Shown here: in pieces, positions 17,629 through 29,400 of the stretch
Layout: each line of letters opens with the position of its first letter
How positions within the stretch are numbered: position 1 is the first letter of the stretch
DNA from: Saccostrea cucullata
Lineage: Eukaryota
NCBI RefSeq assembly: GCF_032062105.1
Contig: NW_026931375.1
Span: 124,001 to 188,000 of the forward strand
Length of the DNA: 64,000 nucleotides
Reading direction: 5' to 3'
The notes under the pieces: generated by a model
What the model was told of the DNA's origin: nothing
The model's database searches: none
What the model saw: only the letters and a program-made list of their open reading frames with translations
Program-made: the position numbers and the translations under genes

Positions 17629-20600
17629 AGTCCGCCCTTTTGTGTGGAGGTAAAGGGCTAGAGGATCTAAAATACCCTCCTAGAGACAGCCGGTTGCGTA
17701 AAAGAGAAGAGGATAATTCTTCCGGAAGTAGTGAAAAAAGTGTTGAAAATGTGAAAAATGTATGTGAAAATATTGTTTCTTGTCAATTAAATCCTAAATT
17801 TTGTACCGCCAAAATTGTAGGATATGTGAATGAAAAATGTGCTGCGATGTTGGTCGACACCGGATCTAGTGTCACGATTATAAATGAAGCTTTCGCAAGC
17901 CAGAGTGGTATGGTGCCGGCTGGAGGAGTTAGTGTTACATCGGCAACGGGCAACCGTGTCGATATTGTTGGGAAGTGTGACTTTAGGTTAAGAATTGGTG
18001 AACAAACCGATGTTGTATATAATGCATTTGTTGCTCGTGATTTCCCGTATGATTGTATTTTAGGTTTGGACATTTTAAAGGACTGTGCATGCTATATTGA
18101 TGTTGCAAATGATTCTGTATATATAAATGATGAATGTATCTCATTTATTTCTGATGCAAGTTCGACTAGCGAGAGTGTGCAAGATGTATGTAATGACAAG
18201 AACTTGAATGGGATTGAGATAAATGAGAGAGTTGAGTCTGGTGAGCAAGATATAGATGATTTCTATGTATCAGGTGATTTAGGTGAAACGGAACGCAAGT
18301 CTATTACGAAGGTATTAGATAAGTATAGAAAAGTGTTTGCTTTCAGTGATAATGAATTAGGGAAGACAGATTTGGTTGAACATTCTATAGACACAGGGGA
18401 CAGTAAACCTATTCACTTGAGGCCTTATAGGATTCCTCACAGCCAGCGGATGTTACTGGAATCCCAGATAGAAACAATGTGCGCTAATGGAATTGTGCGA
18501 CCGTCTAAGAGTCCGTACTCCGCCCCAATTGTTTTGGTGCCGAAGAAAGATGGCAAAGTTCGCATGTGCATCGATTTTCGTAAAATAAATGAAGTCACCA
18601 AAAAGGACGTTTACCCTCTCCCTAGGATCGACGAAATGCTGGATGCACTTAATAAGTCCAAGTACTTCAGTGTCTTAGATTTGTGTCAAGGATACCACCA
18701 AGTACCTATTAAGGAAAGTGACAGAGAAAAGACCGCGTTTTCCTTCTTTGGAGGGCATTATGAATATAATTATATGCCATTTGGACTGTGCAACAGTGCG
18801 CCAACATTCCAGAGACTTATGGACTCTGTGCTTTCAGGATTACTGTGGAACACGTGTCTTGTGTATATAGATGACGTAATTGTCTTTTCGGAAACTATTT
18901 CCGACCATGTCAAAAGACTTGAGGAAGTGCTAAAACGATTCGAAAATTCAGGATTAAAGTTAAAAGCGAAGAAGTGTTACTTCGGAAAAACGGAGGTCAC
19001 GTTCCTTGGACACAAAGTCTCAGCTGACGGAATATCACCTGACACGGAGAAAGTAAAGTCAATTCACAACTTTCCGAGGCCAACAAATGTGAGCGAACTT
19101 AGAAGCTTTCTGGGACTCATCTCTTACTACCGTAAGTTTGTAAAGGGTTTTGCAAGTAAGGCTGCTCCCTTACACAAGCTCTTAAGGAAAGGTGTCGAAT
19201 TCATTTGGGACAATAACTGCAAAAGTGCGTTTGAATTCTTCAAATCAGCTTTGACCAGCTTTCCTATTCTTAGGTATCCGGATTTCTCGCTTCCGTTTAT
19301 CCTGTACACGGATGCATGTGACACTGGTGTAGGTGCCGTATTAGCCCAAGAAGGTCCAGATGGTGAACGGACAATAGCGTACGCGAGTAGGAGTCTAAAA
19401 TCAAATGAACAGAACTATGCAGTTATCGAAAAAGAGGCATTAGCCATTGTGTGGAGTGTGAAATACTTTAGACACTATCTATTCGGCCGGAAATTTACTG
19501 TGATAACTGACCACAACCCATTACGGTGGCTTATGGACATTAAGAATCCAGCAGGACGCCTAGCGCGATGGTCATTAACTCTTCAAGAGTATGACATAAC
19601 CATTAAACATCGACCGGGAAAGGTTCATCAAAACGCAGACGCCTTATCTCGAATTCCTGCCGAATCCCCTATAGCAGCCACCTGTGCTAAGGCAGACGCA
19701 GATGTGATACCAAAAAGGTCATATCAGGACATCCGCGACCGTCAGAAAAATGACCCTCTCCTAGCCGCTATCATGAATTATTTAGAGAAGGGAGAGTTGC
19801 CTGAATTATCTTCAAAGGCCCGTGAGACGGTAATATTATCTGGTGATTATGAACTCGGACACAATGGTCTGCTATATCATCTTTGGCAGCCTGGATCTCA
19901 TAGACGACGTCAAGCTATTAGACGCCAAATAGCTGTTCCAAGGAGCCTGATAGATGAAGTCATGTATGCCTGTCACGACGACCTGACAGCCGGACATCTC
20001 TCCTTCCAGAAAACGTATGACAAAGTACAAGAGAGATTTCATTGGAAGGGAATGTATTCAGATGTAGAGTTTTGGTGTAGATCATGCGTAGACTGTGCTA
20101 CCAAGAAATCACCGAAAAACAAAGTGCCCATTGAACCCGCTACCGGCAGTTAATGGACCATTCGACAGAGTAGCTGTAGATGTCCTTGGACCGTTCCCGC
20201 CAACCTACAAGTCCAATAAGTACATTATTGTGTTCAGTGACTACCTAACTCGATGGCCTGAAGTATTTGCCGTAAACAATGCAGATGCAGAAACGACTGC
20301 GCGACTTTTTGTAGAGGAAATAGTGTGTCGTCACGGAGCGCCTAGAGAGCTGCTATCAGATAATGGTAAGAACTTTAGATCAAACCTGATAAAGGAAATA
20401 TGCAAATTAACAAATACCAGGAAAACTTTTACTACTGCCTACCACCCGGAGACCAATGGCCTAGTGGAGCGCTTCAATGGAACACTCACAACAATGTTGT
20501 CAATGTATGTGTCAGGACATCAGCGTGACTGGGACACCTTTATACCATACATACTGTTTGCATATAGGACCGCCATCCATGAGACTACAAAAGAGTCACC

Positions 20601-21240
20601 CTTCTTCCTAATGCACTTGCGAGATCCTGTTCTACCCGTTGAAGCCGTGCTCTGTCCGCCAACATTTTCTTACGCTGTAGCAGACGACTATAAGGAAGAG
20701 GCAAAAGTCCGCCTTCAAGAGGCCTACACGCTTGTCAAAGAAAACTTACAAAAATGTCAACAAAACCAGAAGGAACATCATGACCGTGCAGCGAAAGAGA
20801 CTCATTATACTAAAGGTGACAAAATCTGGTTATTTACTCCAACGACTAAACCTGGACTCTCTCCTAAACTTACCCACAATTGGCACGGACCATACGAGAT
20901 CATCGAGCGATTATCTAATGTTACATACAGACTACAGGACCCTGATCACAAATCGAAAACTTTGACAGCGCATGCTAACAGGATGAAGCCGTATCTTGAT
21001 CCTAATGACCGCCCTGATCACGACTATATCCCGGACGAGGACGTTGAATACGAAGACGAGACGGCCGATGACAACGGTCCCATTGTCAAAGTATTAGATA
21101 TGATGCGGTCAAGAAACGACTCCAAGCGGTTAGAGAAACGTTATTTTGTGCAGTTTCAGAACGGACACACCCAGTGGTTAGGTGAAAATGAAATCAAAGA
21201 CTTTAGGATTGTACAAGATTTTATTCAGTCAAAGAAATAA
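17619..21240 (+). CDS. pol: Gypsy Pol (protease, RT, RNase H, integrase); in the -1 frame relative to gag, with one internal frameshift at ~20115-20125
   Basis: LVDTGS protease; YPLPRID, MPFGL, VYIDD RT; YTDACDTGVGAVL RNase H; H..GH...C..C zinc finger; DVLGP, LSDNG, NGLVERFN integrase core; WHGPY. Confidence 0.95.
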
Positions 21241-21555
21241 ATAATTGAAGTGTATATATACGCAGGTTGTGTATATAATGTATATCATTGAATGGATTTA
21301 AAATGAACATTTGTTTTGAAAACGCCTCTGTATAAAATGTATGTATAGATAAAACGCAAAAATCTAAAGATAAAAAAAAAAAGATAAAACATGAAATGTG
21401 TGTGCATGTTAAACTATTTTGTTATTTCTGTGTGTAAGTAATGTCTCTTTATCTATGAATGTGTGATTCTTGTAAGCGATATCAAATTGTCATTATCAGT
21501 CTACTACATGTAATTTTATTAGTGTGTCGGGACGCCACACTTAAGAGGGGAGGTA

Positions 21556-22024
21556 TGTCACAGAGTAATCGCCCGAATTAATTGTTAATTAATTGTAAAT
21601 GAGTGAGTGATAGGTTGCAGGTGCGCGGCGCAGGCGTTGTAGCCCTGTTTCCCAAGTGTGTAATTTTGAGTTAGTTAGAGAGAAAGCGAGTGGACAAGCA
21701 TGGATTTATAATTTGTTTATTTGTCATTTCTGTTATCATTGTTTATTGTGCATGATAGAGTTCTGAGAGATGAAAGTGAGCATTAGATTGATTTGTGTGA
21801 GAAAGTGGGGAAAAAGAGATTTGGTATGGCCATGCCCTGGAGGAACGCGTGTGAGAGAGAGGAGAACAAGTCTGAAAGTCAACGAGTGTGGATGAGTTTT
21901 TGTATTGTGAACAATTGTGATTTCTTATATATATATCTGTGATGTAAATATGTAAATAAACAATGTAAATAAAAACTATAGTCATTCATTACCAGTGCCA
22001 GTGACAGGGAGGACCCCCGTCACA
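21556..22024 (+). repeat. 3' LTR (469 bp)
   Basis: Direct repeat of 16160-16625, preceded by the PPT. Confidence 0.97.
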
Positions 22025-22119
22025 AATGTGACTACGATACTACTGTCGGGCGATTCTGTTTTCATCCTACGATAAGAGAAAAAATTTGGTCGCCCGACCG
22101 TCGGCTTAAATGTGACCTA

Positions 22120-22372
22120 CAGATAGGAGCTGATCCTTACGTCGCGGGTTCGAATCCCACAGTGGGACGTGGAAACCGGTCCTTCGGATGAGACTGTATA
22201 AACCAAGATCCCGTGTCCCAGTTGGTGCTGGCACGAAAAAGATCCCTCACTGCTCAAAGGACCTTAGTGCTGCGTATATGTCAAAATTCGCTCTTCACCT
22301 TCATTAAGCGGTTGTGTCTCCATCTGAGTGAAAAAAAAATCTCAAGAGGGACGTTAAACAACATACAAACAT
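22120..22372 (+). mobile_element. tRNA-headed SINE with Deu/Nin-type central domain (5' part of head missing)
   Basis: B-box ggttcgaatcc 22147-22157; core ggtccttcggatgagactgtataaacc; tail gggacgttaaacaacatacaaac. Confidence 0.8.
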
Positions 22373-23433
22373 GGAAACATTTTATATTTATCAGTATACA
22401 CGAGAACACGTCTGCTGTTAGCTCAGGTTGACCTTTTCAAATTTTGAACCTTTGTTTCAATAAAAAAAAAATACGTGATCGCATTCTGTTTTTAAATAAG
22501 TTAACAATTAAACCAGACATGCAATCAAATAATTCTTAACCTAATAGTGAAAAGTAATTTGATATATTAAATTGCAATTGGGTACTGGTAATATTAGTTT
22601 ACTATAGTAAATTCCTACAGACGTAGTAAATTGATGTAGCACAGCTCTGCAATGCGAAAGATTCCAGTGGTATTGGAAATGAACTTCGAAAGTAGTCTTC
22701 ACTTCTCTAAGCAGAAAATTATGGGTCTTTCTTTCTAAACATACACAACAACAAATATACAAAAAAGATTTATTGATTATATTTCATAAAAAATGTATAA
22801 AACTCCTATACATATTACAAACACAGTCTAAACCAATCTCCCCGCATACATACATGTCGTTCAAACCATTCAATGACCATTTATCCAGAGATATAGGAAA
22901 AAGAAAAAGAACTGAAAAGGAACTTTTAAAACACTTTAACTGAATCAAAATCCTATCAAAGTATAACACTTTAGTGTTAACAACTGCAAGAAAAAAATCC
23001 GATTTTTTTTTATTATTACAAAAGTGAAATCCAATATATATCTTACTGAATCACAAGAAATTTTTAAAGTCTGGCTTGATTTTTTTTAAAGTAACGCACC
23101 TTTCCTGATAAGAAAGTTGAATAAACTAGGAAATTTATACCCTAGACTTATACGTCAATTTTTGTGTCTATTATGGATGTATTGACCGATGAATAACCTT
23201 TTCCGACTTGCACAAAATTAAACTCAAACTTCTCCCTTATTTCAAAACAAGCTCTCTGGGTGAATACCTTATAGAAATGGACCGCTCACACACTTCATTA
23301 CATACATCAATAAAAAAAAATGTTATAGACATTCAGCACTCAATGATGATGAACACGAAAGGTAAAACATATGCACTTGATATAGAATTTCTGGCGGATA
23401 TTTGCACATGAAAAGGGTAATCCCGCGTGAGGA

Positions 23434-26400
23434 TTAGCAGACGGTAATCAAGAACGATGTTAATAAGGCGAATAGAGTCATAAAAAGGACACTGGTTTGA
23501 GACTGTTTGAGTTGATGTCCGAAGCTATCAATTCCCTCGTACTTCAAACTAGTAGTGGTGTTATCCAGACGAATCATTCCTCCTTAAAAGATAAAACGAT
23601 TTATAAATATTAAATAATTCACTAAAAAAATCATTAAACTTTTAAGAAACTCTTGACTTTTCAAAGAATCAATAATAAAGGGCATTTACCATTTTTCAAG
23701 TAGATGCCTATTTATTATGAAACTTAATATCCAACAACACTTACTCCACATAAACACACAATCTCTGTTCAGACAAACGATTAAATTACCTATTTACATC
23801 AGATAAAAAACATTTTGTAAAACAAGTTAGAAGTACCTAAAGTAAAGTACACTGTGGGGGACTTTCGCCCCTCCCCACCGTCGCTGCACCCCGCTACTCT
23901 TACGGCATAAACCACGCCTTTCTGAATTCCATAAATATCGTGCTGAATGGCGAATTTGGCAGTCTCATACTGTTCGGCATTTCTAAAATGATCGTTGGCT
24001 TTCCAGAAATACACCTGAGAAAGAGAAATAAATGTTTTACAAAATAAAATTTAAAAAAATCATATAGAAAGAGACATACACAATTTACATAAAATGGTTA
24101 ATAACAATTTATTTGCCCCCCCCCCCCTTCCCTAAAAAAAGGTGGGTGCCCAAATTTCACCACTGCCAACCAAAAACGGACAAATATTGCTGAAAAAGAA
24201 GGCACTGATTTAATCGATCATCACTAAGTTTTAGAGACAATATTAATATTCTAATATTCATTTGACTTTATGTGGTAACCAGACCCAGAAACATATACTA
24301 GTGCTATTCAAAGGTCATCAAAAAGGAATAATTAATGCACTATTAAGAACCTTTGTAATATTATTACTAATAATGTTATAAGGTAGAACTGAAGTGCTAT
24401 ACAGACAGTCAGACAGATAATTACCAGACAGTACTTACCATGTACCCAGATAAGGTCTCCTCCTCCCTTGTGGTACTGATTCCTCTCCACGTGACTCGGA
24501 CACTGGAAGAACTGAGAGAATGGACGTATACCTCCTGGGGGTAAAGCTTAGGTACTGAAAATTAAGGGGGGAAATGTGTACATACAAATACTGATATATT
24601 CCACTAGTAGACAAATACTGTGTAATACTATATGTATCAGGAGTCGAAAAGAATATTTAAAATAATTTAAGAAAACCGTTAAAACTGGAGAATGGAGAAT
24701 CTAACAGCTAGTATTTTACCTTCGTGAAGCGTTTCCTGGATGAATTTTTCGCTGAGGGGTCCCAGACCAGCTGTATTGAACACCTGTACCTCAAACCAAA
24801 AGTTAGTGTCCGGGAACAGTCCTATAGCCACGGCCTCCGAGATCTGGCCCTGATACCGGATGTAACGTTTATACACAGGCTCGTCATCCCCATCTAACCA
24901 GTAATTAACCTACAAAAATCACACTATAATGTACTATTGACGAAGTTATTGAGATTTTTTAAAATTGAGATTTTTGAGTTGACAGCACAAAATTTCTTGT
25001 CGCTGAAAAACTTGTATATATTGGAAAACACAAAAAATGGCAAGATGCAACAAACATTTTTTTGATTTTTTCCCTTTTTTTTCCTCTAAAGTTACAACTC
25101 TCCATTGTAAATATATATGCCGTCATTCCCTTTCATTGGAGATATAACAAAATATTTGTCTTGATCCTCGTTTTTTATTGTACAATAAAACCATTAACAT
25201 TCTAATTTCTTACTTGATATCCCCACACTCTGCCTTTCATGGTCTCTCGGGTGTCTTCCACAGGTTCCCAGGTAACTAACATAGCGGTGGAGTTATAGGC
25301 ATCACAGTATAATCCCTGAGGAGCAGCTATAGGCACTAAAAATACCAAACAAAATCATCTCTTTACATTTGTAAACCATAACAGGCACGTAGCAACGGGG
25401 GGGGGGGGGGGGGGGCTGACCCCCTTCTCTTTTTCCAGACATACTAATGTTCAATGAAAGGCCAGTTGCCCCCCCCCCCTTTTTGTAAGAGTAAGGGTCA
25501 AGTAAGGCTAATGTAGTATATTAGGAAAAAAACTTGGTAATTTTTCTAACTGACATCATTATGGTAATTAGATTTCATACAATATTAATTTATTTACAGA
25601 CAAAACTCGGAAATATTTTCGGCACAAAACTTCGAATTTCTGAAATCTTGCCAAGAAGGATAATTCTAAATAAACTCTACGACAGCGGACCCAAATTCTT
25701 TGACCTGCTGCATGCATAGATTATGTCATTCACTTTGGGTCTACAGTGTATGATAGATGTTTCCATTAATTGATTTAATTAATTTTTTCAATCGTTAATC
25801 AATGATTTGTCAACTCTAACAATTGTAAGGTGATATGAATTGTTTGACATTCATATTCATCTACATATAGTGTTTGAAAAAACAATCACAGTTTATAATT
25901 ATCTCAATTTAAAAGAACAAAAAGTTAACTACTGTGTAACATGTGTAATTAACATGTACCATGAATTTGCAATCTGAGAAAGTTTAAACTAAATAATATG
26001 TAAATATTTATTGTTTTACATAAGACGTGCGTGTTGAAAAGTTGTTGATCAAGGTGAAAAGGAAAAAAAAAATTGACTTATTTTTCCGATGCAGTAGGCG
26101 CGATATTATATAGGCTATGGCCGCAATATACTAGTAGTTCTGCGTGTACATTGTATGAGAGTTTTAAGAACTTACTTCCTTCCGCAGAGTACACCACTGC
26201 CTCGGTGGAGTTAGGTCCCTTTCCTTCAGAGTTATACACCTGAATTTTAATCTCGTACTCTAAATAGTAGTTGTCCTCGCCGACTTGTACAGTCATTCTC
26301 TCTTTGGTCCAATCTTGGAATGGCCCCGACTACAAAAAAGAAAAAAACTATAGAATTTTGGGACAGCATACCTTGAGATACATGTATTCTAGAAATTTCC

Positions 26401-29400
26401 CTAATCGGTTTCAGTAATGTTTTAGCCGAAATATAGGAAAAATCTATTTGCGCATCTTAAAACCATAAGCAGAATGAAAAAAATAAAGGGAAAAATGTAA
26501 TTGGGGCGATCAGAAATACGTGTTTTTTTATGTACTGTACGTACCATACGTACGGTATATAACAAATAATATGCCTCAAAATGACTTTGAAAAGTAAGTA
26601 TTTATAACAGACTTGTTCCCCACCGATACCTATTATATTATATACAGTATTTATTTCAGTATCAAACTTACTTTGCGCCATAGAGAGTCGTAGATGCTTT
26701 CGGGTTTGTATCTTCTCCAGTACACGATGTAACCAAAGCCCGGGGCTCCGTGGAACTCAGGCTCCATTCTCTGTAACAAGACGTAAAATCGCATTATAAA
26801 ACTTCATAGCGTGGACAAAGTCGGAAATGTTAATACTGCCAAATTTAGGTTTCCGTCTACATACCTTCCAGATGATGCTGAGATCCCCCACACTGCCATT
26901 CCCTCCTACTATGTACTCCGCATCGACGGCCACGTCTGGCGCCGCAATGTCGGTTTCAATAAATGCTGTAAAAATTGAGTGTTATTTAGAAATTATTTTC
27001 AAAAAGTTTTTGCCCCTTAATTTGTAAGTAAAAAATAAAATAGAATATAAATTAAAACCATTTTATTATTTTGTGCAAAGTAATGCAAACTCACGTGAAG
27101 CTACGCTCCATGTGCCGACTCCGTACTGGTTGACGCCCGCAACCCTAAACCTATAACCATTTCCAGGATGCAGTCCTTCTATCTTTATCTGCCGCATGTC
27201 ACTCTGCATACCGACGGCACCAGGGATAATCGTAAATGGTTCTGGGAAATCTGAAAAACGTGGGAAACGAAAATGTTTTTTTTAAAAATGAACATTTATA
27301 CCAGAAACTAAATTTATAATGATTTAAAATTAAATTGGTTCTATGCAACAAAAATGAGAAAACCTAGAAAATAACAGTCTTAATTACTTACGTTGACCTA
27401 TCAATTTCCATCCTTTTTCGTGTTCTATTTCCCTCTCGACTACAAAATGAGAGACGCGGCTACCGTGCTCCGCTCCTGGGAAGAAGATCAACTGAATGGT
27501 GGTCTCCGTGGCTGACCCGTCCACCCCCACCACACCGGCAGGTTCTCCAGGAGGACCTGGGTATTACAGGGAAAATCGTTTTACAGGGTGTGAAATTAAT
27601 TACATGTATATATAAATTAAAATTGCATGTCAAGGTAATTTAAAAACAGATTATCGGCAGAAATCCACTTGCCATAAATGTTAAACTGTATGCAGTTTTA
27701 CTTTTGTAAAGTTTTATTTTTTGCTACTTTCACCCTCATCGTCAGTGGGCGAATTCAGAAATGAAATAGAGTTATCTCTCTTCTGGCGCACTAATTTAAA
27801 AAGAGGCACACTCGTTTGCAAGCGTGATGGGGAAAATAATACAGGGCAAAATTACCCTGTAAATAAGTATTTTAGATCATAAATGAAGCAATTTGAAAGA
27901 AACATTCCTGCAAAGCCCAAAAATATCAATTTCTTAAATTCAACTTCACACATCGTGCTGAAAACAAAATATATGTGCCGTTTTTCAGGAAAATCCACAC
28001 CTGTCAGTGATCATAATTAATGAAACAACATGCATGTTTATTATGTATAAGCATACCATATACTGCCAGCATTGTTGACCTAGCATCTTGGTTTAGAGTT
28101 GTTTTGGCAATACATTCGTAAGTCCCCGCATGCTTAAACTGTGTCATGATGATATTGAGTCCTGAATGGGTTGGACTGGTGTCCTGAGAAAGAGAAAAAA
28201 AGATATTCAATCCTTGTAAGATCGACATATAGCAAAGTTCTTTCTGTGACGATTTTTTTTCTTTATTTCACATAGCATCATGTCTTCATAACTTACCAAT
28301 CTGTAATGGAATTCTCTCTCAAAATCAATAAGTTTCCCATTGAAGTTCCACATGTAGACTAGGTCAAGGTTCATATCATAAGAGGCCTTACAGGGGATAA
28401 AAGTTGTCCTGTTAACAACAACGGGATCAGTTACGGGGGGATTAGTGATCACAGTAGCCGCTGTAATGAAGGAAATAACAATGATGAAATTCTGTTAACA
28501 TGATTACTAAAGCCTGTAAGATTTTAAATATAATATCTTTCAGAGTGTTCCATTTACAATACTTGTTCGTCCAGAAAAAAACTTTATTTAGGACATTTTT
28601 AAAATGCATTGGTTGCATAGCATAAATCTACGTTATAGAAAACATGAAACATACACTGTACAACCAGTTGTCCTGTGCTTTTAGCCGGTGGTTGAATTCC
28701 ATTATCGGCCACGCACGTGTAGAATCCGGCGTCCCCGTAGGTGAGGTCCTTTATCTGTAGGTTACCATTAGGCATCATTTTAACCCTGGTGCCATCTGGT
28801 ACAAGGTTTACATTGTTCTTAGTCCACGTGATAGTTGGTGAGGGAGCGGCCTCTGGTTTACAAATAATAATGATCTCCCCATTTAAGGCCCCTACCATGT
28901 GTGATTGTACGGGGTGTTTTTGTAGACTCGGTGCAAAATCTGAATATAAAAAAAGCAAAACTTATTGGTTATCTCAAAGCACTAATCTAAAATAACATTT
29001 TTATGCTACAATTTTCTCCCTTCAAATGCAATTTTTTTTTAAAGCCTGACTTACGTAAAACCCTCAGCTGGCCAGCAGACATGGCCGTCCCGTGAACATT
29101 GGTAGCGGCACATTGGTACATTCCATTGTGCTTCTCATCCAAAACAGGAATTGTCAGTACGTTCCCGGAAATGACGTAATCTGCGTTGTTTCCGGACTGA
29201 AGCATTTCTCCGTTTTTAAACCACCTTTTAGAAAAAAAAAACATAAATTCTGTTTCAAAGCGGACTTCTGATATTAATATGGAAATTTAAATGGATCATC
29301 AAGTGGACATATTTTAAAAATTTTAAACAAACATACGTGTAGGCAGGTTGCGGATAACCCATGGCTTCACATCTCCAGGTCAGCTGGGAACCCTTGTCTA

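Larger units (their letters stand above)
16160..22024 (+). mobile_element. Full-length Ty3/Gypsy LTR retrotransposon
   Basis: TG...CA LTRs 16160-16625 and 21556-22024; 4-bp TSD aatg (16156-16159, 22025-22028); PBS tggtggccagcggt at 16631; PPT aagaggggagg 21543-21553; domain order PR-RT-RH-IN. Confidence 0.98.
14408..22117. mobile_element. Host DNA-transposon remnant (Harbinger-like MITE) in three pieces (14408-14738, 16114-16159, 22029-22117), split by a HINE and a Gypsy element
   Basis: gtcgg/ccgac-rich sequence on both sides of the inserts; right terminus gtcgcccgaccgtcggcttaaatgtgacc; left terminus not found. Confidence 0.45.

Noticed and set aside
16386-21985. Short duplicated ORFs in the LTRs and antisense ORFs within gag/pol; possible env gene
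   Set aside because: By-products of LTR duplication and codon structure; only ~315 bp separate the pol stop from the 3' LTR, leaving no room for env
22120-22165. tRNA gene
   Set aside because: Only a B-box/T-arm remnant, continuous with a SINE body; no full cloverleaf
25383-25480. Poly-G/poly-C tracts (also 11250-11267, 24115-24127) as functional G-quadruplexes
   Set aside because: They look like remnants of common GC-tract MITE ends; nothing supports a specific role
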